The translations under genes were made by a program, and so were the position numbers. A stretch of 64,000 nucleotides of DNA from an uncultured Rikenella sp. (GTDB lineage: Bacteria; Bacteroidota; Bacteroidia; Bacteroidales; VadinHA17): the NCBI GenBank assembly GCA_964488645.1, contig CAZAVK010000004.1, forward strand, positions 4,486 to 68,485, written 5' to 3'. Numbering within the stretch: position 1 is the stretch's first letter; every line of letters starts with the position of its first letter. Shown here one piece after another: positions 8,783 through 18,503 of the stretch. Below the pieces are notes generated by a model. The model was not told the DNA's origin. It worked only from the letters and a program-made list of their open reading frames with translations, and did not search any database.

Positions 8783-10465
8783 TCATGACAGTTTCTTGTA
8801 TCTGAACCTCACCGGCCCGGCATTGCCTGTCCGCTTGCGGTAGTTCTCGTCATATTCTGAGAAGCTTCCCTCAAACCATACCACCCTTGACTCTCCTTCA
8901 AAGGCGAGGATATGTGTTGCCACCCGGTCGAGGAACCAGCGGTCATGCGATATGATCACGGCACATCCGGCAAAGTTCTCGAGCCCCTCTTCCAGTGCCC
9001 TGAGGGTGTTGACGTCGATATCGTTGGTCGGCTCGTCGAGCAGCAGCACATTGGCGCCGCTGCGGAGCGTCAGTGCCAGGTGGAGCCGGTTGCGCTCGCC
9101 TCCCGAGAGAACGCCGCACTTCTTCTCCTGGTCGGCACCGGTGAAGTTGAACCGTGCGGCATAAGCCCTGGAATTGACAGGCCGGTTGCCAATCATTATC
9201 TCATCATAGCCGCCTGAGATCACCTCATAGACACTCTTAGAGGGGTCAATGGCTGCATGAGCCTGGTCAACATACCCCAGGGTGACGGTCTCCCCGACAT
9301 CAAAGGTACCGCCATCACTCTTCTCATGACCCATAATCATACGGAAAAGAGTGGTCTTTCCGGCGCCGTTGGGGCCGATGACCCCGACAATTCCGTTGGG
9401 AGGGAGGTTGAACTCCAGGTTGTCAAACAGTATCTTGTCGCCGAAAGCCTTGGAGACGCCCCTGGCAATGATGACCTTGTCTCCCAGCCTGGGGCCGTTC
9501 GGGATGAATATCTCGAGCTTCTCCTCCTTCTGCTTCACATCCTGGTTCAGCAGGTTCTCATATGCACTCAGTCGCGCCTTCGACTTGGCGTGCCTTGCCT
9601 TGGGAGACATCTTCACCCACTCCAGCTCGCGCTCCAGTGTCTTCCGTCGTCTGACGTTACCCTTCTCCTCCATCTCAAGCCTGCGGGCCTTCTGCTCGAG
9701 CCATGACGAGTAGTTGCCCTTCCAGGGGATGCCCTCACCGCGGTCGAGCTCAAGTATCCAGCCTGCAACATTGTCGAGGAAATAGCGGTCATGGGTGATG
9801 CAGATGACCGTACCCTTGTAGTTCTTCAGGTGCGTCTCGAGCCACTGTACGCTCTCGGCATCGAGGTGGTTGGTGGGCTCATCAAGCAGCAGCACATCCG
9901 GCTCTATCAGCAGCAGGCGGCAGAGGGCCACCCTGCGCCGCTCACCACCTGAGATGATGTTCACCGGGGTGGAAGGGTCCGGACAGTTGAGTGCATCCAT
10001 TGCACGCTCCAGCCGGTGCTCAAGATTCCAGCCGTCAAGGGCATCTATCTTCTCCTGCAGCACCGCCTGACGGGCCAGCAGCTTATCCATGGCATCCGGA
10101 TTCTCATATACCTCCGGATCACCAAACCTGAGAGATATCTCCTCATACTCCTTCAGGGCGGCTACCGTCTCGGCAGCCCCCTCCTCAACTATCTCACGCA
10201 CGGTGCGACTCTCATCCATCAGCGGATCCTGAGCAAGATGCCCCACCGTATAGCCTGGGGAGAAGACCACCTCTCCGTGATACTCCTTCTCCAGCCCCGC
10301 AATGATCCGCAAGAGGGTTGACTTTCCGGAACCGTTGAGACCGATGATGCCTATCTTCGCCCCGAGAAAAAATGAGAGAGATATGTCTTTGATAACCTGT
10401 TTGTTCGGGGGGTAGCTCTTGCTGACCCTGTACATCGAAAAGATGATCTTCCTGTCTTCTGCCAT
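8783..10465 (-). CDS. ettA: ABC-F ATPase, energy-dependent translational throttle protein EttA
   Basis: Two ABC cassettes (GLNGSGKST / LSGGERRR and GPNGAGKTT / LSGGERNR), no TM domain, about 560 aa. The N-terminus MAEDRKIIFSMYRVSKSYPP is typical of EttA. I chose the start at ATG 10463-10465 rather than ORF-track position 10486. Confidence 0.9.
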   Translation of the reverse strand: MAEDRKIIFSMYRVSKSYPPNKQVIKDISLSFFLGAKIGIIGLNGSGKSTLLRIIAGLEKEYHGEVVFSPGYTVGHLAQDPLMDESRTVREIVEEGAAETVAALKEYEEISLRFGDPEVYENPDAMDKLLARQAVLQEKIDALDGWNLEHRLERAMDALNCPDPSTPVNIISGGERRRVALCRLLLIEPDVLLLDEPTNHLDAESVQWLETHLKNYKGTVICITHDRYFLDNVAGWILELDRGEGIPWKGNYSSWLEQKARRLEMEEKGNVRRRKTLERELEWVKMSPKARHAKSKARLSAYENLLNQDVKQKEEKLEIFIPNGPRLGDKVIIARGVSKAFGDKILFDNLEFNLPPNGIVGVIGPNGAGKTTLFRMIMGHEKSDGGTFDVGETVTLGYVDQAHAAIDPSKSVYEVISGGYDEIMIGNRPVNSRAYAARFNFTGADQEKKCGVLSGGERNRLHLALTLRSGANVLLLDEPTNDIDVNTLRALEEGLENFAGCAVIISHDRWFLDRVATHILAFEGESRVVWFEGSFSEYDENYRKRTGNAGPVRFRYKKLS

Positions 10466-10582
10466 GGCCTGATGGTTTAAGGGCAAAAGTAATCATTTTA
10501 CCCGCCCTGCAGAAAAGTGAGGTATCTGCCGGCGACAGACCTGAAGAAGAGAGAGCAGGCAGGGAAGAAATTACCGGGAAAC

Positions 10583-10680
10583 CTGTGGAAGCGATGCAGC
10601 AAACCCGGGGGCGAGCTGCAGGAGATCTGTGAGAGCGATGCAGCAAACCCGGGGGCGAGCTGCAGGAGGCCTGTGAGAGC
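10583..10680. repeat. 44-bp intergenic tandem repeat, about 2.2 copies
   Basis: CTGTG(GA/AG)AGCGATGCAGCAAACCCGGGGGCGAGCTGCAGGAG(AT/GC) starts at 10583, 10627 and 10671 (partial). There are about 4 mismatches between the full copies. It contains the CCCGGG and CTGCAG palindromes. It lies between the stop of the 10688-11131 gene and the ettA start. Confidence 0.85.
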
Positions 10681-10687
10681 TGTTCCG

Positions 10688-11131
10688 CTAATATTTCGGA
10701 ACCGCGGGCTTTGCCGGCGGACACCCCTTGTCAAACAGGGTGATGGTCTCACTCTGCAGCAGCACCCACATGACATAAACCCCCTTCAGAGTGCCGAAAG
10801 GTATATTGAGCAGCCCAATGGCTGCCATCACCAGGGTCAGTATCCTGGCCCACGCCTTGCAGGAGAGCAGGCCGATACCCCCGGTGATCATTGCACCTCC
10901 AAAGAGCAGGAAGACTACGGTAAGAGGCGTTCCTATCAGAGCGAGCACACGCTCTACCATCGGGTCAGCAACATACTGCGCGGCTATTGTAAAAATAAAC
11001 ACGATAGAAAGTCCTATCAGCACGTTGAAGGCTCCGAAAACGATCTGCAGGATGGCTGCAATGGTGACATGGTTTTTCATACGGGCCTCTTCGGCGGTCA
11101 CAGGAACTGGATTCGTGACATGCTCTTCCAT
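10688..11131 (-). CDS. hypothetical integral membrane protein (about 4 TM helices)
   Basis: Clear hydrophobic helices (IAAILQIVFGAFNVLIGLSIVFIF, LTVVFLLFGGAMITGGIGLL, ILTLVMAAIGLLNIPFG). The antisense 239-aa plus ORF has no such features. Confidence 0.55.
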   Translation of the reverse strand: MEEHVTNPVPVTAEEARMKNHVTIAAILQIVFGAFNVLIGLSIVFIFTIAAQYVADPMVERVLALIGTPLTVVFLLFGGAMITGGIGLLSCKAWARILTLVMAAIGLLNIPFGTLKGVYVMWVLLQSETITLFDKGCPPAKPAVPKY

Positions 11132-11248
11132 CTTATGTACTGTTTAATTGTTTTGATCCTGTTAAAAGACTCCGGTTTTAAAAAAATGATGCATCACCGG
11201 TGTATAAGACCAAATTTATACCTTTACCGCAAATGATTGAACCCGGCC

Positions 11249-11476
11249 ATGAAAAAAATGATCTACGCCCTGTTCCTCCTCTTCGTCACCTGCGCATTCA
11301 CATCATGTGAGATGTTCGGCGATAACTGCCAGGTGTGCCAGATTGTCACCTATGAAAACGGAAACCCGATCAAATGGGAGTCCGAGGCAGAGTATTGCGG
11401 CCAGCAGCTGATCACTATAAAAGCCTCGGCTCCGGTAACCATCAACGGGATCACAACACGCTGGGAGTGCAGATAA
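11249..11476 (+). CDS. small Cys-rich lipoprotein (75 aa), hypothetical
   Basis: MKKMIYALFLLFVTCAFTSC has a signal peptide with a lipobox-like FTSC. Four more Cys lie in the mature part. I chose the ATG at 11249 over the TTG at 11237. Confidence 0.5.
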   Translation: MKKMIYALFLLFVTCAFTSCEMFGDNCQVCQIVTYENGNPIKWESEAEYCGQQLITIKASAPVTINGITTRWECR

Positions 11477-11649
11477 ATTTATCTCACATGCTAAAGCAAC
11501 CTTTCCCTCCGTTTTAATATCATGTTTATAAGTTGTTGTTAACAAGTTTACCCTAAAGTTGAAATTTGCGGTAGAATTGCATAACCTTGCTTAACCTCGC
11601 CGGGTATCTTTACGTGGGGTCCGACCTTAAACGGATTTAAAATAAGGCG

Positions 11650-12054
11650 ATGCTGAATATAAGAGGCAAACGGATTGCGATCGTCGAAGACGATATTGCA
11701 TCCCTGAAGTATTATGAGACTCTGCTTAAGGAGACCGGTGCCGAGTTATCCATCTACCGCAACGGGAAGGAGTTTGTCGATGCCGTCACCACCGGCCGCA
11801 GGCAGTTTGACCTGGTGCTGATGGATTTCCTCGTTCCGCTCGTCAACGGCATAGACTGCACCCGGGCCTTCCGTCAGGTCAACCGCTCCGCCCCGGTAAT
11901 AGTTGTCACCGCCTACTACTCCGAACAGACAAAGAATGAGGCATATATCGCAGGTTGCACCGAGTATAACCTGAAGCCGCTCTTCCCCGAAAAGCTGAAG
12001 ATGATCATTGCAAAGTACCTCGCCCCGAGGTCAGCCTACCAGTATTACGACTGA
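11650..12054 (+). CDS. stand-alone response regulator receiver protein (CheY-like)
   Basis: RIAIVEDD, phospho-acceptor in LVLMDFLVP, VVTAY and the conserved Lys in NLKPL. No output domain. Confidence 0.8.
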   Translation: MLNIRGKRIAIVEDDIASLKYYETLLKETGAELSIYRNGKEFVDAVTTGRRQFDLVLMDFLVPLVNGIDCTRAFRQVNRSAPVIVVTAYYSEQTKNEAYIAGCTEYNLKPLFPEKLKMIIAKYLAPRSAYQYYD

Positions 12055-12203
12055 ATATTGCCGTTGTGGCCGGCAACCGGTTTCCACCAACCCCCTGCCG
12101 GCAAGCTGTCAGCTAAGCCCCTTTTTCAAGGAAGTCAGGGCCATTCTGGTGTATAAGGATTTCGCCGGCCGGTAACCCATGCCTTCACCGGATGCGACAG
12201 CAT

Positions 12204-15200
12204 CTACTGCTGCAGTGCCATATATCTCATGTAGAGCTCATTGTACCGGCTGTTTATCTCCTCAGCCAGTCTGGTCACCCCGTTCTCAAAGCATATCCGC
12301 CCGGTCTGTCCGAGCATCTGCACCCCGGCACCTATCTCCGGCAGGGCATAGAAGGCAACAGACCTCTTCTGGTCAAGGAAATAGGCTGTGCGTTCATAAT
12401 AGTAGTCGGCAAATGCCCTGGCCAGTTCAGTGGCCTTTTCGCGTTCTCCGGCGGCAAAGCATGCTGTGATCATCTCCGAATAGTAGAAGTCATATCCTGT
12501 CTTCGATACCGGGAAGAGCTCAATGGCCCGGTTGATCACCTCAGCCGCCCTGACGGTATCACCCTCTTCTGCCAGGGCGGTGGCCAGCCTCGAGAAGTTG
12601 TGCCTTGCCCTTATAACGGTCAGGGTGCGTTTGTGATAATGGTCGAGGTAGACGTCGGGGTCGGGGGCGCCGCTCCATGAAAAGCGGTTCATCATATTCT
12701 CGTAGAGGATACCGGTGTCAATGCGGCCATACTCAAACCACCCCTTGTTGACCCCCTTTACGGGCACCAGCCGGTAGGCCTGTCCTTCAAGCTGGAAGTA
12801 CTCCTCGAGTCCCAGAGCATCCTCGGTCTGTCCCGAAACGAAGTAGATGGGACGGTCCCAGTCATTGTTGGCAAGGATATCTAGCACCAACAGCTGGTTC
12901 TTCATTATCCACGAACCCTTCAGGTTGATATCGATATAGGGTACTATCCGGCCGGCATCCTCAGGTCTGACAGTGCCGTTGGAGACAACCTTTGCCGAAT
13001 CGACCGGTATGCGTACGGTACGGGTTGGAATGAACCAGAGGTCCTCACCGTAGAAGGAGAGTTTCGACACATCGCTGCCGCTGGTGATAAACGCCATCAC
13101 CTCCTTCGCCGTGGCAGGCTCCTTCACTTTGTCCAGTACAGCCACCTGGTTGTTGATCCCGTCATAGTAGAGCTCTTTCGGAAGGCTGATTGGCAACGGT
13201 TCAGATGAGTAGACCTTCTGCTTCATCTGGTCAATATACCAGTCGGTATTCAGCAGCATGAGGTTGGCCACCCTTACATCGGTACGCACTCCCTCAACCT
13301 CCTGGGCATACCAGAGAGGGAAGGTGTCATTGTCGCCGCCGGTGAATATAATGGCGTTCGGGGCGCATGAGTTGAGGTAGTTGAATGCTATGTCCCTGCC
13401 CAGGTAGCGGCCTGAACGGTCATGGTCATCCCAGTTCTGGGCTCCCATCAGTGCCGGTACCGCAGCAAACAGCAGCACCGAGGCAGCAATGGCGGCCGGT
13501 GTCTCACCTACCGCCTTCCGCAGAAGGCTGAAAACAGTCAGCACACTCAGGCCGATCCATATGGTGAAGGCATAGAACGAGGCTGCATAGGCATAGTCTC
13601 GCTCGCGTGGCTGGTTGGGGTACTGGTTGAGGTAGATCACAATGGCTATCCCGGTCATCACAAAGAGCAGCAGCACAATCCACCAGTTGCGCTGATCGCG
13701 GTTGAAGTGCCACAGGAACCCTATCAGCCCGAAGATCAGCGGAAGCATGAAGTAGGTGTTGCGTGACGGGGCATGGCGCATATCGTCAGGCATACCCTTC
13801 AGTGAGCCTACACGGGGCGCATCGAGGAAATCAATGCCGGTGATCCAGTTGCCGTTGACAGGGCCGCCCGTACTCTGTACATCATTCTGACGGCCGCTGA
13901 AATTCCACATGAAGTACCTGAAATACATGAACCCCAGCTGGTACTCAAACAAAAACTTCAGGTTCTGCCCGAATGTTGGCACTCTGACCACCGTGGGCTC
14001 ACCCGTCTGCGGGTCGGTAACCCTGACAGGTTTGCCTTTTGTACCCACATAGTACTCGTACTCCCTGACATGATCGGGTGACTCGCTCCACATCCTCGGG
14101 AACAGGGTCATGAAGCGATCATCATACTTCCTGACTGTCTGACGGTTTGTAATGATATACTTCCCGTCGGCGGGATTATAGGTCGGCTTGCCCTTGTCAT
14201 AGCCTTTGACCGGCGCATTGTACCAGGGTCCGTAAAAAAGCGGATTCTGCCCGTACTGCTCGCGGTTAAGGTAGTAGATAAGCGCGAAGGGGTTTGACGG
14301 ATTGTTCTCATTCATGGGCGGATTGGCGGTTGACCTTATCATGATCACCGCAAAGCTGGAGTAGCCTATCACTATGACCATCAGCGATGTCAGGGCAGTG
14401 TTCAGTACCACCCTCTGCTTTCCTGACAGGTACCATGCCACCCAGAGGAGGATGGCAATGAAGAGCAGGTTAAGCAGTATCGATCCGCTGAGCAGCCATA
14501 TCCCTGAGAGCGCCAGCATTGCCCCGGTGACAAGGAATATGGTCAGGCTGTTGCTGCGTGAGTAGCTGTACCATGCCGAGAGGGCCAGGAAGGCCATGAA
14601 GAGCAGCAGGTGGATGTACAGGCCGCTGTTGTAGGGCATGCCAAGCGTGTTGACGAAGAAGAGTTCGAAGCCTGCCGACACCTTAATGATGCCGGGGATC
14701 ACCCCGTACATGATCAGTACCAGCAGCAGCAGCGACACCGCCAGTGAGGCGGTGAAGCCCTTCCATGAGAACTCGCGCTTGCGGAAATACCAGATGAAGA
14801 CAATGGCCGGTATGGCCAGCAGGTTGAGCAGATGGACCCCTATCGAAAGCCCCATCATATATGCGATCAGTATGATCCACCGGTCGGCATAGGGCTCATC
14901 AGCCACATCCTCCCATTTGAGCATGGCCCAGAAGACCACGGCAGTGAAGAGTGATGAGGTGGCGTAGACCTCTCCCTCGACGGCCGAAAACCAGAAGGTG
15001 TCGGAGAAGTTGTATGCCAGCGCACCGACAACACCGGCGCCGAGTACCGCGACGATACGCCCGGCGGTGTAGTCAGCCTCCTCCTTCAGTATGATCCTGC
15101 GTGCCAGGTGGGTGATGGTCCAGTAGAGGAACAGTATGGTGAAGGCACTGGCCAGGCCCGAAAGTGCATTGACCATCAGTGCAACCCTGCTGACATCACC

Positions 15201-15434
15201 GAAGGCAAAGAGCGAAAAGAAGCGTGCCATCAGCATGAAGAAGGGCGCCCCGGGCGGATGGCCGACCTCAAGCTTCCATGCTGAGGCAATAAACTCACTG
15301 CAGTCCCAGAGGCTCATCGTCGGCTCAAGGGTCATCAGATAGGTGAATGATGCCACTGCAAATACCATCCAGCCGGTAATGTTGTCCCAAAGCCTGAATT
15401 TTCCTGTCATAGCCTGATTGTTTCTGTTCCTCAT
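12204..15434 (-). CDS. DUF2723 (TMEM260-like, GT-C-fold glycosyltransferase-like) polytopic membrane protein with a C-terminal helical-repeat region
   Basis: 1076 aa. The N-terminal TMSLWDCSEFIASAWKLEVGHPPGAPFFML is the signature I associate with DUF2723. There are more than 10 TM helices, followed by a soluble alpha-helical C-terminus. Confidence 0.75.
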   Translation of the reverse strand: MRNRNNQAMTGKFRLWDNITGWMVFAVASFTYLMTLEPTMSLWDCSEFIASAWKLEVGHPPGAPFFMLMARFFSLFAFGDVSRVALMVNALSGLASAFTILFLYWTITHLARRIILKEEADYTAGRIVAVLGAGVVGALAYNFSDTFWFSAVEGEVYATSSLFTAVVFWAMLKWEDVADEPYADRWIILIAYMMGLSIGVHLLNLLAIPAIVFIWYFRKREFSWKGFTASLAVSLLLLVLIMYGVIPGIIKVSAGFELFFVNTLGMPYNSGLYIHLLLFMAFLALSAWYSYSRSNSLTIFLVTGAMLALSGIWLLSGSILLNLLFIAILLWVAWYLSGKQRVVLNTALTSLMVIVIGYSSFAVIMIRSTANPPMNENNPSNPFALIYYLNREQYGQNPLFYGPWYNAPVKGYDKGKPTYNPADGKYIITNRQTVRKYDDRFMTLFPRMWSESPDHVREYEYYVGTKGKPVRVTDPQTGEPTVVRVPTFGQNLKFLFEYQLGFMYFRYFMWNFSGRQNDVQSTGGPVNGNWITGIDFLDAPRVGSLKGMPDDMRHAPSRNTYFMLPLIFGLIGFLWHFNRDQRNWWIVLLLFVMTGIAIVIYLNQYPNQPRERDYAYAASFYAFTIWIGLSVLTVFSLLRKAVGETPAAIAASVLLFAAVPALMGAQNWDDHDRSGRYLGRDIAFNYLNSCAPNAIIFTGGDNDTFPLWYAQEVEGVRTDVRVANLMLLNTDWYIDQMKQKVYSSEPLPISLPKELYYDGINNQVAVLDKVKEPATAKEVMAFITSGSDVSKLSFYGEDLWFIPTRTVRIPVDSAKVVSNGTVRPEDAGRIVPYIDINLKGSWIMKNQLLVLDILANNDWDRPIYFVSGQTEDALGLEEYFQLEGQAYRLVPVKGVNKGWFEYGRIDTGILYENMMNRFSWSGAPDPDVYLDHYHKRTLTVIRARHNFSRLATALAEEGDTVRAAEVINRAIELFPVSKTGYDFYYSEMITACFAAGEREKATELARAFADYYYERTAYFLDQKRSVAFYALPEIGAGVQMLGQTGRICFENGVTRLAEEINSRYNELYMRYMALQQ

Positions 15435-15497
15435 ACGATTAATCCGGCTAAAATAGCAAGAATTCAGCCTTAACCCGAAAATATCGGCCTATTTTGG

Positions 15498-15505
15498 TAA
15501 TTTTG
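15498..15505 (+). promoter_or_regulatory. candidate Bacteroidota -7 promoter box (TAnnTTTG)
   Basis: TAATTTTG lies 16 nt upstream of the GTG at 15521. This supports the GTG start over the TTG at 15494. It is a motif match only. Confidence 0.3.
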
Positions 15506-15520
15506 AGGAAAGCGGCCCAT

Positions 15521-18400
15521 GTGAAAAGGATAGTTATATTTCTTATTATCAGCCTGTTTGTCTTTTCAGAGGCAGTTGCTCAGTATTATGATACCGGTCA
15601 GGATCCCGCCTCGCTGCGGTGGCTGCAGATAGGCACACCCCACTTCAGGGTCATCTATCCGACCGACTTCGGTGATGAGGCTGCCAGGTATGCCACCCTG
15701 CTTGAGGAGTCATTCCGGCAGCTCTCCTCCCTCTATCCCGGGGTAAAAACCCGCATACCGGTCATCATCCATAACCACTCGATGCAGTCAAACGGCTATG
15801 TCACCTGGGCCCCCCGCCGTATGGAGCTCTATCCCCTACCCGGCCAGGATAACCTGCCGATGGATCCTGCGCGGCAGCTGACCGTCCATGAGACCACCCA
15901 TGTGCTGCAGCTGGGCTCACTCAACCGTGCCGGTGCCGCCAGGATACTGAAATACCTTCTGGGAGAGCAGGCTGCCGCCGTGGGCGCCCTGCAGATACCG
16001 CAATGGGCCTTCGAGGGAGATGCTGTCTTTGCCGAGACAGCAGCGACCCTCTCGGGCAGGGGGCGAAGCAACAGCTTCATCCGCGGGGCCAGGGCACTGA
16101 CAATCAGTCGCGGCGGGATGTATGGATATGATAAGCTGCTGGCCGGCTCATACCGTAACTTCACCCCTGACCATTATGTTTTCGGATACCTGATGATGAA
16201 CCATCTGCGCACCACAAGTCCCGGTGCATGGCAGGAAGCGATCAGGAAGGTGTCGGACGGATGGCACATCAACCCGGTCAGGAGCGCCCTCAGACGTGAG
16301 GCGGGGCTGACACAGAAGCAGCTCTTTGATGCCACATTTACCGCCCTGGCCCGGGAATGGGCTGCGGAGACAAGCACGGGAGCCACAGGTTATGAGCCCC
16401 TCAGCGTTGCCCGGAAGAGGGACTACGTCAGTCACTTCACCCCGCACAGGCTCGATGACGGCAGGATCGTATCCCTGCGTACATCATTGTCTGATCCGTC
16501 ACGGTTCGTCATCACCGCACAGGACGGGAGCAGTGAGACCACCCTGATGACAACCGGGTATACCTATCCCTACATCTTTTCAAGCAACGGCAGAAGCCTG
16601 GTGTGGTCAGAGACGGTGCCTGACATCAGGTGGGAGAACCGTGACTACTCGGTGATAAAAAGGCTCGATCCGGAGAGCGGCATGCCGGTGACTCTCACCC
16701 ACCGTACCCGTTACGCCGCACCCGACCTCTCCCCCGACGGCAGGACGGTGGTGGCGGTGTCAACAACCACGGAGATGCGTTCATCGCTGGTCTTTATCGA
16801 CTCGCACAGCGGTGAGTTGCTGATGGATGTGCTGCCACCCGACGGGGTGATGCTGCAGCGGCCGGCATGGTCATCTGACGGACAGGAGGTTACGGTGGTG
16901 ACGCTGAATGGGCAGGGTGAGGGGATACGGGGATACCGCCCCACCGGCAAGAGATGGATCAGCTACCTTGATGAGGGAGTGACCGACATAGTACAGGCCA
17001 GGCTGCACAATGACACCCTCTTCTTCCTGGCACAGGGTGACGGCTCAGACAACATATACCGGATGGGCGGCGACAGGCAGATTGAACGTGTCACCGCCTC
17101 CCGGTACGGCATATCTGGCTTCTCGGTCAGGGGCAGCGAGCTGCTCTTCTCCGATTATACCGCCGGCGGATTTGTCATCGCACGTACGGCCACCTCTGCC
17201 ACCGCCGGACCGGCAGACATCACCAGGCATGAGATCACGCCTCCCCCGGCACCCATGCCCCCGGCCGGTGATGCTGCCAATGCCCCCCTGCCCGTAACCG
17301 GTCAGTATAACCTGACACCCAGGCCATACCGCAAGGCGGCACACCTGATCAACCCGCACAGCTGGTTCCCCTTCTGGGCTGATATCAGCCAGCTGCACAC
17401 CGATCCCACCTCTGTCAGACCGGGAGTAACCCTGATGTCGCAGAACCACCTCAGCACCCTGACCGGCCTGGCGGGCTATGAATACCGCGCCGGCAACCAC
17501 TACCTTCACACCGGCTTCACCTGGAAGGGCTGGCATCCGGTGGTCGATGCACAGATGGTGTGGGGCGGTGAGCAGCAGGTGATCAGGGAGAGCAACGGGC
17601 CGTGGCCGGACAGGAGGGGCCGTGACCTGCAGATGAACATGATAATCTATGATCAGCTGTGGTTTGCACGGAGCCGCTTCCGGCAGATGGTGATGCCGGC
17701 ACTCTACCTCAGCTACCGCAACAGGCAGACGTGGGTCAGGAGCGAGAGCAGGTTCGATGAGGGAATTATCTTCCTGACCGGCAGGCTATACCTCTCAAAT
17801 ACCTTCCGGATGGCCTGGCGCGACATCAACCCGCGCTGGGGACAGGTAGCCGACCTCCGTCTGACCACTATGCCCTGGGACACAAAGCTGTACGGCAGCA
17901 GGAGGTATGCCAGGACTACCCTCTTCTTCCCGGGCCTCTTTCCCAATCACAGCCTGGTCCTCAGGGCCGGCGGCGAGAGCCAGTCACCCGTACGGCAACA
18001 GCTCTACGGAAACGCCTTGTCCCTGCCACGGGGATACAAGGAAGAACTGACCATCGAAAAGCTCTTCTCAATGTCGGCCGACTACACCATGCCGCTACTC
18101 TATCCTGACCTGGCGGCGGACGGACTGCTTTACCTCAAGCGGATAAGGGGTACACTGTTCTATGATCATGCAGTGGGAAGGGATATCCGTGACCACCGGA
18201 GCCAGACCCTGATACCCGGTCCGGTACGATACAACTCAGCCGGCACCGAGCTGCTGGCTGACTTCTGGCTGCTGAGAATACCGTTCGAGATCAGCGCAGG
18301 GGTAAGGGCAGGCTATATGCCTGCTGATCAGAAAATCTTTATAAATGGAGTATTCTCGGTGAACATCTACGGAACGGTACTGGGAAGAGAGAGGTGGTGA
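15521..18400 (+). CDS. secreted multidomain protein: N-terminal HExxH (gluzincin-like) region, PD40/TolB-like beta-propeller repeats, C-terminal beta-barrel-like region
   Basis: Signal peptide (V)KRIVIFLIISLFVFSEAVAQ. LTVHETTHVLQ has downstream Glu residues (WAFEGDAVFAE). PD40-like repeats include YAAPDLSPDGRTVVAV and RPAWSSDGQEVTVV. The aromatic-rich C-terminal 350 aa end in W. Confidence 0.65.
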   Translation: MKRIVIFLIISLFVFSEAVAQYYDTGQDPASLRWLQIGTPHFRVIYPTDFGDEAARYATLLEESFRQLSSLYPGVKTRIPVIIHNHSMQSNGYVTWAPRRMELYPLPGQDNLPMDPARQLTVHETTHVLQLGSLNRAGAARILKYLLGEQAAAVGALQIPQWAFEGDAVFAETAATLSGRGRSNSFIRGARALTISRGGMYGYDKLLAGSYRNFTPDHYVFGYLMMNHLRTTSPGAWQEAIRKVSDGWHINPVRSALRREAGLTQKQLFDATFTALAREWAAETSTGATGYEPLSVARKRDYVSHFTPHRLDDGRIVSLRTSLSDPSRFVITAQDGSSETTLMTTGYTYPYIFSSNGRSLVWSETVPDIRWENRDYSVIKRLDPESGMPVTLTHRTRYAAPDLSPDGRTVVAVSTTTEMRSSLVFIDSHSGELLMDVLPPDGVMLQRPAWSSDGQEVTVVTLNGQGEGIRGYRPTGKRWISYLDEGVTDIVQARLHNDTLFFLAQGDGSDNIYRMGGDRQIERVTASRYGISGFSVRGSELLFSDYTAGGFVIARTATSATAGPADITRHEITPPPAPMPPAGDAANAPLPVTGQYNLTPRPYRKAAHLINPHSWFPFWADISQLHTDPTSVRPGVTLMSQNHLSTLTGLAGYEYRAGNHYLHTGFTWKGWHPVVDAQMVWGGEQQVIRESNGPWPDRRGRDLQMNMIIYDQLWFARSRFRQMVMPALYLSYRNRQTWVRSESRFDEGIIFLTGRLYLSNTFRMAWRDINPRWGQVADLRLTTMPWDTKLYGSRRYARTTLFFPGLFPNHSLVLRAGGESQSPVRQQLYGNALSLPRGYKEELTIEKLFSMSADYTMPLLYPDLAADGLLYLKRIRGTLFYDHAVGRDIRDHRSQTLIPGPVRYNSAGTELLADFWLLRIPFEISAGVRAGYMPADQKIFINGVFSVNIYGTVLGRERW

Positions 18401-18503
18401 CCGGAGCTGAACAGATCATGTGACAGAAGCCTGATGAGAGGTTTACGGAACAGTACAGGGAACACTGCCGTACTCAAGGAATCCTCAGCAGCCTCCCGGC
18501 AAT

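Noticed and set aside
10583-10680. Possibility that the tandem repeats at 10583-10680 and 36103-36210 are CRISPR arrays
   Set aside because: The units are directly contiguous, with no unique spacers, and there are only about 2.5 copies. No cas genes are in the window.
10517-11236. A 239-aa plus-strand ORF spanning the 44-bp repeat and the membrane-protein gene
   Set aside because: It reads through the tandem repeat and has a Pro/Arg/Gly-rich composition with no features. The opposite strand encodes a clean 4-TM protein.
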